Origin: Kofleriaceae bacterium
GTDB taxonomy: Bacteria > Myxococcota_A > Polyangia > Haliangiales > Haliangiaceae
NCBI GenBank assembly: GCA_965215005.1
Contig: CBDCCZ010000012.1
Span: 153,763 to 217,762, forward strand
DNA: 64,000 bases
Reading direction: 5' to 3'
A program made the position numbers and the translations under genes. The notes under the pieces are model-generated. The model did no database searches. It was not told where the DNA came from and saw nothing but the letters and a program-made list of their open reading frames with translations. Shown one piece after another: positions 27,844 through 38,255 of this stretch. Within the stretch, counting starts at the first letter, position 1, and each line of letters opens with the position of its first letter.

Positions 27844-29144
27844 CGTTGCTCTTCCCTTGCCCCAGCGCGCTTTGCCGTGCGGTCGGTCGCGCTGCCGTAG
27901 CGGCGCTGCTGATGCTCGTGCTGTGCGCGCCCCGCGTTGCTCTTAGCGACTCAGAGCCGGCGATCCCCGTCGCGGTGTTCGTGATGCCGCCGGGCGATGC
28001 GATGGCGCCGGCGCGACGCGCCACGGTGCTTCTCACCATGGAAGATGCGCTGGCTGGGGATGCTCGACTCGAGGTCATCGATCGCGATCAGCAACTCGTG
28101 GCGCGCGCGGCCTCGCAGCAGCAACACACCGCCGCCGCCAAGGCTCGCGAGCACCTCGCGCGCGGAGAAGAGCTGGTGCGCGCCGGACGCGTCGAAGCCG
28201 CGCTCCCGCGCCTGCGCCAGGCAGCCGCCCGACTCGCGCGCCTGCTGCCGCTCGTCGAGCCGCGTGAGCTCGCCCGCGCGCAGCTCGTGCTCGCTGCCGC
28301 CCACGCCGCAGCAGGCAACGCCCAACGCGCCACGGCGCAGCTGACTGAGCTCCTCACCTGGCGGCCCGACACTGAGCTCGATTCCTCGCTGGTGCCCCAG
28401 GCACTGGCGCCGCGGTGGCGCGAGGCGGAAGCGGCGGTGAGCGAGCTGGCGCGTGGCTCAATCGACATCCAGTCCCAGCCCGACGGCGTGCTCGCCTACG
28501 TCGATGGTCGCTTCGTCGGCTTCACCCCCACGGCCGTCGAAGACCTCGCTGTCGGCACCCACTACGTGACGCTCCGGCAGCTCGGCTTCCGCCGAGTCAC
28601 CATGAAGGTAGAGGTGGAGGCCGCGGCGCCAGCGCGTGCCGCAGCCGTGCTTCAGCCTGCCCCCGGAGCCGAGAAATTGGCCGAAGCGCTGCGCAGCATC
28701 GCGGCAAGCGGCCTCGCTGCCGCCGAGGGGCCGGCAGAGCTGGCCACGCTGGCGAGCCTACTGGGCATTCGCCATGCGGTCTTCGTAGAGGTGCCGCTGC
28801 AGCCGGACGAGAAGCGCTATCGCGCGGTGGTGTATGACGTGAAGAGCGGCCGACGGATCGCCTCGGCCACAGCGCCGGTGCGGGTCGAGCTCGAACCTGT
28901 GTTTGGGGAGCTGGCGCGTAGCCTGTACTCGGAGCTGTCGCTGGCGCCCGCCGCTACGCCCATTGTCAGGGATCGCAAGCGCGGCAAGACCCAGCCACCC
29001 ATCTATCGCCGCTGGTGGTTCTGGACGGGCGCTGCCGCCATCGCCACCGTAGCCCTGGTACCGCTGTGGTTCGTGCTCGACGACGATGGTCCGAGCTGCC
29101 CGTCGGGCGCCGTCTGTGGCGACGTCATCTTGCATCGCTTCTGA
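27840..29144 (+). CDS. PEGA-domain protein with TPR-like helices and C-terminal anchor
   Basis: SQPDGVLAYVDG...G.TP PEGA motif; YRRWWFW anchor. Confidence 0.8.
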   Translation: MTLLFPCPSALCRAVGRAAVAALLMLVLCAPRVALSDSEPAIPVAVFVMPPGDAMAPARRATVLLTMEDALAGDARLEVIDRDQQLVARAASQQQHTAAAKAREHLARGEELVRAGRVEAALPRLRQAAARLARLLPLVEPRELARAQLVLAAAHAAAGNAQRATAQLTELLTWRPDTELDSSLVPQALAPRWREAEAAVSELARGSIDIQSQPDGVLAYVDGRFVGFTPTAVEDLAVGTHYVTLRQLGFRRVTMKVEVEAAAPARAAAVLQPAPGAEKLAEALRSIAASGLAAAEGPAELATLASLLGIRHAVFVEVPLQPDEKRYRAVVYDVKSGRRIASATAPVRVELEPVFGELARSLYSELSLAPAATPIVRDRKRGKTQPPIYRRWWFWTGAAAIATVALVPLWFVLDDDGPSCPSGAVCGDVILHRF

Positions 29145-29149
29145 CGGCG

Positions 29150-29824
29150 CTAATAGACCATGTCGCCGACGAAGATGTAGCCTTTCGCGGAACCCTTGGG
29201 ACCGGTCATCTCCACGGGCACCTTGCTGTTTCCTTGCACCACCAGCACCGAATGCGGCCGCGTCATCGGCCGGCCCTGCTCATCATAGAAGCCGGCGAGC
29301 ACGATGACCTTGGCCTGCCGCGGCGCGGTGTTGACCAAGTAGCCGCTGACGACGACGCGATCGCGCACCTTGAAGATGTGGCCGTCGGTGACCACCAACG
29401 GCGGCTGATAATCTGGCTCGAACGCGCCCAGCACCTGTAGGCGCGCGCCGACCGCGGTGGGGTGCTCGGAGTCCTGCTCGTCGACCGGGGTGAACAGCCG
29501 CACGCCGCCCGCCGGCACCCGCAACGATTCGCTGCGCAGCGTTCCTACCGTCGCGCCGTTGGCATCGAGCAGCTCGCCGCCGAGGGTGACCATGGCGTCG
29601 CGGTCCGTGTGATTCTCGACATCGACCATGACGAAGGTGGCGCGATATTCGTGCTTGCCCGAGCCGACCACGTCATGCCGAATCCGCATCGTCTGGTCGA
29701 CAATCTCGAGGCTGCTGCGGTCGATTTGCTTATCGGCCCACGACGACGGTCGCTCACAGGCCACCGCCGCGGGCAGCAGAGCCATCAACCAAGCGACGCG
29801 CAGAAGGGGCCAGAGGCGCTTCAT
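29150..29824 (-). CDS. Lipoprotein with tandem FxLYD-like Ig-fold domains
   Basis: AVAC lipobox; ELLDANG and GFYDEQG motifs. Confidence 0.6.
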   Translation of the reverse strand: MKRLWPLLRVAWLMALLPAAVACERPSSWADKQIDRSSLEIVDQTMRIRHDVVGSGKHEYRATFVMVDVENHTDRDAMVTLGGELLDANGATVGTLRSESLRVPAGGVRLFTPVDEQDSEHPTAVGARLQVLGAFEPDYQPPLVVTDGHIFKVRDRVVVSGYLVNTAPRQAKVIVLAGFYDEQGRPMTRPHSVLVVQGNSKVPVEMTGPKGSAKGYIFVGDMVY

Positions 29825-29887
29825 CGACCCGAGTATGAACGATTGAATCCGCCGCCCCGCCGCCGGCGAGCTGGCTGGTGGAGACCG

Positions 29888-30160
29888 CTACGAAGCGCGC
29901 CGCGCGCTGTAGTACTGAAGCACGTCGCGCACCGCATCATCGAGCTCGAGCGCAGCGGTATCGAAGCCAGCCAGCGCGTGTGCCAGGGTTGCGATGCGCT
30001 CGTGATCGGTAGCCCGCTTATCGATGATGACGCGATACGTTCCTCGTACCCGGCACAGCCCGCCGTGGCCGACGGTGGCGAGCAGCGGCTCATACGTCAC
30101 CTTGATAGCCAGGGCGTCGGCAGCAGATTCGAGCGCAGCCAGTAGTGCTTTGGGCTTCAT
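29888..30160 (-). CDS. Small hypothetical protein
   Basis: GGLCRV.G...VIID; LAHAL segment; GGAG-less start. Confidence 0.6.
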   Translation of the reverse strand: MKPKALLAALESAADALAIKVTYEPLLATVGHGGLCRVRGTYRVIIDKRATDHERIATLAHALAGFDTAALELDDAVRDVLQYYSARRAS

Positions 30161-30370
30161 CGGATTCTCGGCGGAGAAGCGGAGCGAGCTGCACTGTAGC
30201 AATGCCCTCGCCATTCAGCCACTAGCAGCTCCCGTTCAGAGCAGGGATTTGACGGCAAATCGCCCATCATCGAGAGTTACCGGGATCGCGCCGTCGTCGC
30301 ATGCAGCCAACAGAGCCCGACGTTCACGCCGCCCGCCATAACCTACAAGTTCATCCTACAGTTTAGAACG

Positions 30371-31903
30371 ATGCAGCTCGCAACCCTCGCAAAGGCCTCC
30401 AGTGCGGTGGCGGCCACGCGCTCACGCAAACAGAAGATCGCGCTCCTGGCCGAGGTGCTCGGTCAGCTCGAAGCAAGCGAGATGCGCATCGCTAGCGCGT
30501 ATCTCGCGGGTGAGTTGCCGCAGGGCAAGATCGGCCTCGGCGCTGCCCTGGTGCAGGCGGCCGCGGGTTCGCCAGCGCTCGAGCCAAGCCTCGACCTGCG
30601 AAGCGTGAGCGATGCCTTCGACCGCATCGCCGCTGCTCGCGGCCCCGGTTCCGCGGGTGCCAAGCGCGAGCAGCTCACCGCGCTATTTGCACGCGCCACG
30701 GCGCAAGAGCAGACGCTGCTCGCAAACCTCATTCTCGGCAATCTCCGCCAAGGCGCGCTCGAAGCAATCGTCATAGAAGCAATTGCCGCGGCCGGTGCTC
30801 TCGAACCGTCGATCGTGCGGCGAGCGTGCATGCTCGCGGGCGGGCTGCCGCAGATCGCACAGGCGGCCCTCACCGGCGGCGCCGCAGCTCTTGCCGCGTT
30901 CGACCTCCAGCTCATGCGTCCCGTACAGCCCATGCTCGCCCAGCCCGCAGACGATCTCGCCGACGCGATGCAGCAGCTCGGCAGCGCCGCCCTCGAGTAC
31001 AAGCTCGACGGCGCACGCATCCAAGTGCATCGCGCGGGCGGCGAGGTGCGGGTGTTCAGCCGTGCTCTCAACGACGTCACCGCGGCGGTCCCGGAGGTGG
31101 TGGCGGCGGTGTTGGCGTTGCCCGAGGACCAGCTCATCCTCGACGGCGAGGTATTGGCACTGCGCGACAACGGCCGGCCGCAGCCCTTCCAGGTCACCAT
31201 GCGCCGATTTGGCCGCCGCGGAGGAGATGCGCTGCGAGCGGCGCTGCCATTGGCGCCGCACTTCTTCGATTGCCTCTACGCGAATGGCGCATCGCTGCTC
31301 GATCAGTCGATGGAAGCGCGCATGGCGTTCCTCGAGGATCTCGTACCCCCGTCGATGCGGGTTCCGCGAATCGTCACGGCCGATGCAGAACGCGGACAAA
31401 CGTTCTGGCGGCAAGCGCTCGCCGCCGGTCACGAGGGTCTGATGGTCAAATCGCTCACCGCGCCCTATGAAGCCGGTGCGCGCGGCTCCAACTGGCTCAA
31501 AATCAAGCCTGCACACACCCTCGATCTCGTCGTTTTGGCCGCGGAATGGGGGTCTGGGCGACGTCGCGGCTGGCTTTCCAATCTGCACCTCGGGGCCCGT
31601 GATGCAGATAGCGACTCGTTCGTGATGCTTGGCAAAACCTTCAAAGGGATGACAGATGCGCTGCTGCAATGGCAGACCGAGCGCCTGCTAGAGCTCGAGG
31701 TTGGTCGCGAGCCCAACGTCGTTCATGTCGAGCCGTCGCTCGTGGTCGAAGTTGCGTTCAGTGATGTGCAGACGAGTCCTCGCTACGTCGGTGGCTTGGC
31801 GCTGCGGTTCGCTAGGGTGAAACACTATCGGCCCGACAAGCGGCCCGTGGATGCGGACACCATCGAGACCGTGCGTGAGCTTCAACGGCGCAGCCTCGCC
31901 TGA
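30371..31903 (+). CDS. ligB: ATP-dependent DNA ligase (LigB-type)
   Basis: EYKLDG adenylation motif; LDGE, FFD, EGLMVK, WLKIK, LRFAR. Confidence 0.9.
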   Translation: MQLATLAKASSAVAATRSRKQKIALLAEVLGQLEASEMRIASAYLAGELPQGKIGLGAALVQAAAGSPALEPSLDLRSVSDAFDRIAAARGPGSAGAKREQLTALFARATAQEQTLLANLILGNLRQGALEAIVIEAIAAAGALEPSIVRRACMLAGGLPQIAQAALTGGAAALAAFDLQLMRPVQPMLAQPADDLADAMQQLGSAALEYKLDGARIQVHRAGGEVRVFSRALNDVTAAVPEVVAAVLALPEDQLILDGEVLALRDNGRPQPFQVTMRRFGRRGGDALRAALPLAPHFFDCLYANGASLLDQSMEARMAFLEDLVPPSMRVPRIVTADAERGQTFWRQALAAGHEGLMVKSLTAPYEAGARGSNWLKIKPAHTLDLVVLAAEWGSGRRRGWLSNLHLGARDADSDSFVMLGKTFKGMTDALLQWQTERLLELEVGREPNVVHVEPSLVVEVAFSDVQTSPRYVGGLALRFARVKHYRPDKRPVDADTIETVRELQRRSLA

Positions 31904-31967
31904 GCTCCGGATGCAAACTGCGACAGACGGGCTCTGTGAACGCCACAAAGCCCGTCTGCTCAGCGGA

Positions 31968-32222
31968 TCAATCGTGGCCGAGAGTCTTGACGATCTTGTT
32001 GTAGATGCCGAGAGACAAGAACGTGGGAGCCCAGTGCCCGATGAAGTTGGCGAGTTGTTTGCGGTTGGTGAACTCGCAAACCAGCGAGCCAATGATCGAG
32101 CCACCGGCAAGCCACAGATATACGTCCGAGGGCAGCGCTGCAGTCCGCTCCTCGATGGCGGAGGCAACGAAGCCTTCTTTCATATTGCGGGGTTTGGTTC
32201 GAAGATCGCGTACGAAGCCCAT
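31968..32222 (-). CDS. Small membrane protein
   Basis: AAAGGA SD; GHWAPTFLSLGIYNKIVK C-terminus. Confidence 0.7.
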   Translation of the reverse strand: MGFVRDLRTKPRNMKEGFVASAIEERTAALPSDVYLWLAGGSIIGSLVCEFTNRKQLANFIGHWAPTFLSLGIYNKIVKTLGHD

Positions 32223-32257
32223 GCTAGTTCCTTTCGTGGTTGGGAGCTGCTTGCCAG

Positions 32258-32273
32258 TGCAACCGTCATTCCA
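32258..32273 (-). promoter_or_regulatory. Candidate sigma54 promoter
   Basis: TGGAAT-GACGG-TTGCA on the minus strand, ~35 nt upstream of ATG 32222. Confidence 0.5.
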
Positions 32274-32400
32274 GTGGTCTGCGCAGCGCTTCAAGACGCC
32301 GCCGAGGCGAATGCAACGCACTGAGTCACCCTTGTCGCGGCAGTGCTGGACGCGATCAGTAAACGACTCCCGAAGCACCTCCAAACGTGTCGCATGAGAA

Positions 32401-33564
32401 TCAGGATTTCTTCTGCATTGGGCATCTCGCGGCGACCAGCTCGAGGATTACCCGGCCGAAGTGCTCCTCGAGCTCGCTGTCGAAGTCATTCTCGCCGAGC
32501 GTCGCGAGCGCGCCGAGAAATCGCGGCCAGCTCGAATCGCACGCCTCAAAGAGCGTCGCGAGCTCCTCGAAGCCGGCGTTATACACCTTGTAGACCAGGA
32601 GCGAGGCGTTGTTGGGCTCACTCACCAAGTCGAGCTCCCGGCGCAGCGCGGCCAAGATGCTGCGCTTACGCGCAAGCTTTGCCTCATCCGTCGTCGAGCT
32701 GGCGTAGACGGCGGCGAGCTCGGTGTACGCCGCCGTCAGGCGGGCGCCGCGGCTGCGATCGCCAGCGAGATCCTCCTGATACTGCAACAGCTCCGGAGAC
32801 TGCGCGCCAAACCGAGCAGCCAGATAATCGGCCGCCATACCGTCGCCCACGAAGCTCGCGATGCTCTCGTTGAAGTAGGTCTGGCTGGGGATGAAGATGG
32901 TCGCGTGCACGAGCTCATGAATGAGAATGTTGGCGAGCGATGCAAACGCATCGTCCTCGGGCGAGAACATCGAGCTCAGCACAGGGTCAGGAAACCAACC
33001 GCCGGTGGAGTAGGCACTCACGCCGCGGATGTAAACGTCGTAGCCGCGTCCGCGCATGCGCCGATAGAACGCCAGTGCATCTTCCCGTTCGAAGTAGCTG
33101 AGATTGGGAAAGGCGCCAACGATGGGGAACGTAAACGTCACCGGCTCGAGCGCCAACGGCTCCGCAGCACTCACGAACCAAACCACCGCGTCATCATCGA
33201 GCTCGACGAACCTGGTGTAGCGGTTGGCGACTGAGAGGCCCTGCTCCCTTGCGTACTCTTTGATGAGAAGCGACTCCGAGAGCAGCATTGCGGTGCGCTC
33301 ATCGACGTTGGGATCGTCGATGACGCGATCGATGGGACGAGCGCGCTGCAAGAGCTGGAGCTGGCCATGCGCCGCCTGACCGAGATAGCGCGGGTCGACG
33401 CATCCCGTGACCACGACGACCAGCGCGAGCAGAGCCGCTAGCAGCCCACCGATCAATGGTGGAGACGCCGAAGGCGGCGCGTCACCAAACGTGCGGCGGT
33501 GTCGTCGTCGTTGACGAAAATCTGAGAGGTCGCGGCGCTCGAGTCGCGGGATTTCACGTGGCAT
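32401..33564 (-). CDS. Putative zinc aminopeptidase lipoprotein (start uncertain)
   Basis: VTGC lipobox; YLGQAAHGQ, AYSTGGWFPDP, HELVH...FNES. Confidence 0.85.
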   Translation of the reverse strand: MPREIPRLERRDLSDFRQRRRHRRTFGDAPPSASPPLIGGLLAALLALVVVVTGCVDPRYLGQAAHGQLQLLQRARPIDRVIDDPNVDERTAMLLSESLLIKEYAREQGLSVANRYTRFVELDDDAVVWFVSAAEPLALEPVTFTFPIVGAFPNLSYFEREDALAFYRRMRGRGYDVYIRGVSAYSTGGWFPDPVLSSMFSPEDDAFASLANILIHELVHATIFIPSQTYFNESIASFVGDGMAADYLAARFGAQSPELLQYQEDLAGDRSRGARLTAAYTELAAVYASSTTDEAKLARKRSILAALRRELDLVSEPNNASLLVYKVYNAGFEELATLFEACDSSWPRFLGALATLGENDFDSELEEHFGRVILELVAARCPMQKKS

Positions 33565-33611
33565 TGCAAAGAACCGCCCGGTCAAGCTGCTGAATTCGCA
33601 GCACTTCGGGG

Positions 33612-33627
33612 TGGCATCTGTCCTGCT
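33612..33627 (+). promoter_or_regulatory. Candidate sigma54 promoter
   Basis: TGGCAT-CTGTC-CTGCT, then AGGAG SD and ATG 33666. Confidence 0.55.
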
Positions 33628-33665
33628 AAGGGTGGTGATGGATTTTGCTTCAGGAGAAATCAACG

Positions 33666-35765
33666 ATGCCCCTTCGACTCGCTTATTCAACCCCACAGTC
33701 GTCCATCGCCTCCGCGCGATCCAGGAGTCGGCTCACCAATATGGCCTTGGCCGGCGCCGCACTCGGCGCTCTGCTCGCCGGTTGCAATGACAACGAGCCC
33801 CGCGACGTCACCACTCGCCCCTCGCTCGTGCAGTATCGCAGCTGCGATGCGCTCGAGCGTGATCTCAAGGAGATGCTTCTCGCAGAGGTCGACACCTACG
33901 CCGACCAAGCCATTCGCGGCGGTGGCCCGGTGGTCGCCGAGGATGCCGCTGGCGATCCTGGTGCTCCCAGTAGCGACGGCGGTGACCGGCAGCAAGACCA
34001 AGACTACTCGGGTACCAACAATCAAGAGGCCGGTGTCGACGAGGCCGACTTCGTAAAGACCGACGGCGCCCACGTATATCTGCTCAACGGCCATCGGCTG
34101 CACATCTTCGACGTTCCCACCTTCGGCACGTTGAGTCCTGCCTCGGTCGTCGAGCTCGAAGGCTCCCCGCGCGAGCTGCTCCTGCACGCCGCTACCCACC
34201 GGCTGGTGGTGTTTAGCGATGTCTGGCCCGACGCGCTTCCACCGCAGCATCCGCTGCGCTCGGCAATCGCCCGCGATGATGCGAGCCAACCGAGCTTCCG
34301 CTCCGAAAACCTCGGCAAAGTCACCGTCTACGATGTTGCAGAGGCCACCGCGCCACGTCTGGTGCGCGAGCTGTATGTCGAGGGCACCTACCTGACGGCG
34401 CGCGCGATCGACAGCTCGATCCGCGTCGCGAGCTACACCACGATGAACGTGCCGGGTCTCTACGACTGGTGGTGGTACTACCAAGACAGCGACTACGACG
34501 CCGATCAAACTCGTGCTCGTGCTCGCGCCGCGGTGCGAGCTGCCTCTCTCGATGACCTGCTGCCGCACGTCTACGAGCGCAGCGGCAATGGCGCTCTCAC
34601 CACCCGACGATTCGATGCGGCCGCGTGCAGTGCCTTTCAACGCCCCGCCAACTCCAGCGGGCGTGGCTTCACCTCGCTATTGTCCCTCGACGCAGCCGAT
34701 GACGACAGCTTCTCGGATCAACACGTGGTGAGCAACTGGCCGACCCTCTACGCCTCGAGCGACTATCTCTACATCGCCGAGCCTGCCAACGATTGGTGGT
34801 GGTACTGGGAGAATGAGAACGAGCTCGAGCAGCTCAATCTCCACATGTTCGACATCACTCGCCCGAGCGAGACGCGTTACTTGGGGAGTGGCCGGGTCGA
34901 CGGCGTGCTGCACAACTCGTTCTCGCTCGATGAAGAAGACAGCTATCTGCGAGTTGCGACCACGGTCAACTGGTGGAATCGCTGGTGGCTCGACACTCCC
35001 CCGCCCAGCGACAATCAGCTGCACGTCCTAGAGCTCACCGGCGAGGGCCTGGAGACGGTCGGCAAGCTCACGGGGCTCGCCAGAGGCGAGCAAATCTTCT
35101 CCGCGCGAATGGTCGGCGACCGCGGGTATCTCGTGACCTTCGAGCAAGTGGATCCGTTGTTCACCCTCGATTTGAGCGACCCGCGCAACCCGCGGATGGT
35201 GGGCGAGCTCAAGATTCCTGGGTTCTCGACCTACTTGCATCCCATCGCTGACGACAAGCTCCTCGCGATCGGCGTCGGCGGCGACGAACGCGGCGCCAAC
35301 TGGCAAACGCAGGTGTCGATGTTCGACGTGAGCGACTTCGCAGCGCCGGTCCTAGCGGACGTCGAAGAGCTCGACCAGTCGGGGCAGAGCAGCTCCTCGG
35401 AGGCGCTCTACGAGCACAAGGCGTTTCAATACTGGGCGCCGCGAGGTCTGTTAGCCGTGCCGATGTCGAGCTACATCTACCGCGGCGACGAGTATCAGTA
35501 CTCGAGTAGCCTCGCGCTTCTCAACGTCGACTCCCAAAGCGGCTCGCTATCTCGCTACGGCACCATCGATCACTCGCGACTCTATCCGCCACAAGCAGAC
35601 TATTGGTACAATCGCGAGATTCGCCGCAGCATCTTCATGGGCGACTTCATCTACGTCTTCAGTGACCGCGGAATTACCGTGCACGCCCTCGATGAAACCC
35701 TCAGCGAGGTCGATAGCGAGACGCTACCGGGTACTTCGTACGAGGACGGCCCGCGCGGAATTTGA
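33666..35765 (+). CDS. Secreted beta-propeller-domain lipoprotein
   Basis: LAGC lipobox; TNNQEAGVDEADFVKTDG; VDPLFTLDL; GELKIPGFSTYLHP. Confidence 0.88.
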   Translation: MPLRLAYSTPQSSIASARSRSRLTNMALAGAALGALLAGCNDNEPRDVTTRPSLVQYRSCDALERDLKEMLLAEVDTYADQAIRGGGPVVAEDAAGDPGAPSSDGGDRQQDQDYSGTNNQEAGVDEADFVKTDGAHVYLLNGHRLHIFDVPTFGTLSPASVVELEGSPRELLLHAATHRLVVFSDVWPDALPPQHPLRSAIARDDASQPSFRSENLGKVTVYDVAEATAPRLVRELYVEGTYLTARAIDSSIRVASYTTMNVPGLYDWWWYYQDSDYDADQTRARARAAVRAASLDDLLPHVYERSGNGALTTRRFDAAACSAFQRPANSSGRGFTSLLSLDAADDDSFSDQHVVSNWPTLYASSDYLYIAEPANDWWWYWENENELEQLNLHMFDITRPSETRYLGSGRVDGVLHNSFSLDEEDSYLRVATTVNWWNRWWLDTPPPSDNQLHVLELTGEGLETVGKLTGLARGEQIFSARMVGDRGYLVTFEQVDPLFTLDLSDPRNPRMVGELKIPGFSTYLHPIADDKLLAIGVGGDERGANWQTQVSMFDVSDFAAPVLADVEELDQSGQSSSSEALYEHKAFQYWAPRGLLAVPMSSYIYRGDEYQYSSSLALLNVDSQSGSLSRYGTIDHSRLYPPQADYWYNREIRRSIFMGDFIYVFSDRGITVHALDETLSEVDSETLPGTSYEDGPRGI

Positions 35766-35811
35766 CAGCATCGCGCCTGGCCGCGTCTGCCGCGGCCAGG
35801 CTTGCAAGCCA

Positions 35812-37044
35812 TCAACCGTACGCGCGCTGAATACGCTCAATAGCCTCATCGACGTTGGCGCGACTGTTGAACGCCGACAGCCGAAAGTATCCCTCGCCTG
35901 AAGGACCAAAACCCGAGCCAGGCGTTCCCACCACCTGCGCCTTTTCCAGAAGGTCATTGAAGAAATCCCAAGAGCTCACGTTCTTGGGAGTCTTCATCCA
36001 GATGTACGGTGCGTCCTTGCCACCAAACACGTCGAACTTTGCTGCCGCTAGTCCCGCCCGCAGCCGATCAGCGTTCTCCATGTAGAAGTCGATTTGCGCC
36101 CCGGTCTGCGCCAGGCCGTCGGCCGAATACACCGCCGCCGCACCGCGCTGCACGATGTACGACGTGCCATTGAACTTGGTCGAGTGCCGACGGTTCCACA
36201 TGGCGTTCAGCGAGACCTCGGTGCCATCGGCAAGACGGCCCTTGCAGGCTTTCGGCACCACCGTGAACGCGCACCGCACGCCGGTGAAGCCGGCGCGCTT
36301 GGAGTAGCTGCGCATTTCGATCGCGCACTCTTTTGCGCCCTCGATCTCATAGATCGAACGCGGCAGTGAAGGATCGCGAATGAAGGCTTCGTAGGCAGCA
36401 TCAAAGACGATGATGGCGTCCGAGCGCCGCGCCCACTCGACCCACGTCGCCAAGTACTCGCGAGTCGCGACGGTGCCAGTGGGATTGCTCGGCGAGCAGA
36501 GATAGACGACGTCTACAGGCTCAGGCGGCGGCTGCGGAGCAAAGCCATTGGCGTCGTTGGCCGGCAGATACACCAAGCCGCGATAGCGCCCCGCAGCATC
36601 GAGCTCGCCCGTGCGACCGGCCATGACGTTGGAGTCGACGTAGACGGGATAGACCGGATCGATCACGGCGATGGTGCAGTCGCGCGCGAACAGCTCTTGG
36701 ATGTTGCCGCTATCGCACTTGGAGCCGTCGGAAACGAAGACCTCCTCCGACTCCAGCGTGACCCCGCGCGCGGCGTAGTCGTGCTCGAGAATGGCATCGA
36801 TGAGAAACTCGTATCCGCGCTCGGGCCCATAGCCATGAAAGCTCTCGCGGCGCCCCATTTCGTCAACGGCCTCGCGCATGGCAGCAACAATCGCGGGTGC
36901 GAGCGGCTCGGTGACGTCGCCAATGCCGAGCTTGATGATCGAGGCCTCGGGGTGGGCACGGTGGAATGCGCCCACCCGACGGCCGATTTCAGGAAACAGA
37001 TAGCCGGCGGGAAGCTTCTGGAAGTGCTCGTTGATGCGTGCCAT
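35812..37044 (-). CDS. dapL: LL-diaminopimelate aminotransferase
   Basis: [35 protein letters not shown] (PLP Lys), [10 protein letters not shown]. Confidence 0.95.
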   Translation of the reverse strand: MARINEHFQKLPAGYLFPEIGRRVGAFHRAHPEASIIKLGIGDVTEPLAPAIVAAMREAVDEMGRRESFHGYGPERGYEFLIDAILEHDYAARGVTLESEEVFVSDGSKCDSGNIQELFARDCTIAVIDPVYPVYVDSNVMAGRTGELDAAGRYRGLVYLPANDANGFAPQPPPEPVDVVYLCSPSNPTGTVATREYLATWVEWARRSDAIIVFDAAYEAFIRDPSLPRSIYEIEGAKECAIEMRSYSKRAGFTGVRCAFTVVPKACKGRLADGTEVSLNAMWNRRHSTKFNGTSYIVQRGAAAVYSADGLAQTGAQIDFYMENADRLRAGLAAAKFDVFGGKDAPYIWMKTPKNVSSWDFFNDLLEKAQVVGTPGSGFGPSGEGYFRLSAFNSRANVDEAIERIQRAYG

Positions 37045-37065
37045 GAACGCGGACCTTAGCAGAGC

Positions 37066-38181
37066 TCAAGGCGGCGTTCCCGCGCGCGCAGCGAGCTCGC
37101 GCAGGCCGCTCGACAGCCCTACGTGTGGAAACAGCGGCCGACCCTCGGCGGTGGCTCGTACCGCGGCGATCACATCGACCACGGTCTGCACCGGCGTGGC
37201 GCCATCGAACATGAGCACGATGCGCTCGCTATCGCCCGGACGTTCGCCCGGCCAGTGCCGCGCCACCAGCTCGGCAAGACTCACGGACAGCGGCGCGAGA
37301 TCGAAGCTGGGCGCGGGGGTGGCGGCCGCCAGCGACAGCCGCGGCGACTGCATGGTTCCCTCGATGCCGCTCGCCGACCAAAGGATGAGTCGCTGCCCAA
37401 GAATGGTCACCACCGGCTTGAGGAGCATGGCTCCCTCGCCCGCGGCCTCGGCGGGCTGCGCGCTGCGATGCCCCCGCGGCAGCGATACCGGCAGCGCACC
37501 GAGACCCTCGTCGCCCAACGCGATCAGCGCCAGCTCCTCGAAGCCGGTCTCGCGCGCCGTGCGCAGCACGTGCTCGAGGAGCACGAACGGTGCCGCGCGA
37601 TCGATGACGATGCCCAGCGGCGGAATCGCCTCGATCTCGAGCGCGTGGCTCTTGAGCGCGGACCGCAGTGGCTCGATGACCAAGTCCTCATCGCGCCCCA
37701 CTAGCAGCGCCGGCGCCACCACGCCGCGCTCGAGCGCTACCACGCGCTGCCCCGCTAGCGCGATGCCAGCCGCATCAACGACCACCCGCGTAAGCGGCAC
37801 ATCAGAGGACAACGCAACCGCGGGAGCGCTCGGCAATCGCGCCGGCGGTAGCTCGCTTTCAACAACCGGTTCATCGATTAGCGGACACGCGGTGAGGCCA
37901 GCTGCATCGACGGCAGCGCGAAGGTCTCCTGCCGCACTCGGATCGCTTGCAGCGGCGCTCGCTATGAGGGCGCGGCCTTGGGGATGACGGACGTGCTCCT
38001 CGAGATACGCCGTCAATCGCTGACTTCGCTCGCGAGCGGCAAGCTCATCGAGCGCCAACACCCGCGGTGCATCGCAAAGGAGCTCGAGGGCGGCGGGCAG
38101 GCTCTGCGGCTCCTGCTTCTTGCAAGCGGCGGTTTGCGCACTCGCGAGCAGCAACGCGCACGCAACGGAGCGGTGCATCAC
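37066..38181 (-). CDS. Lipoprotein with ExbD/TolR-like periplasmic domains
   Basis: AACKK lipobox; IDRAAPF..L and FDGATPVQTVVDVIAAVR segments. Confidence 0.5.
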   Translation of the reverse strand: MMHRSVACALLLASAQTAACKKQEPQSLPAALELLCDAPRVLALDELAARERSQRLTAYLEEHVRHPQGRALIASAAASDPSAAGDLRAAVDAAGLTACPLIDEPVVESELPPARLPSAPAVALSSDVPLTRVVVDAAGIALAGQRVVALERGVVAPALLVGRDEDLVIEPLRSALKSHALEIEAIPPLGIVIDRAAPFVLLEHVLRTARETGFEELALIALGDEGLGALPVSLPRGHRSAQPAEAAGEGAMLLKPVVTILGQRLILWSASGIEGTMQSPRLSLAAATPAPSFDLAPLSVSLAELVARHWPGERPGDSERIVLMFDGATPVQTVVDVIAAVRATAEGRPLFPHVGLSSGLRELAARAGTPP

Positions 38182-38255
38182 TGCCCGAGCATACCCCGGC
38201 GCCGCCTTCACGCGCCGCGTCTGCGCACCTCAGCTCTCGTGCTAGCGTGGCGGGC

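Noticed and set aside
29888..30160. ImmA/IrrE-like metallopeptidase
   Set aside because: LAHALA lacks the HExxH motif and no cognate repressor gene is adjacent.
30348..30364. LexA box upstream of the ligase
   Set aside because: GTTC-N8-GTTT does not fit the GTTC-N7-GTTC spacing or the myxobacterial consensus as I recall it.
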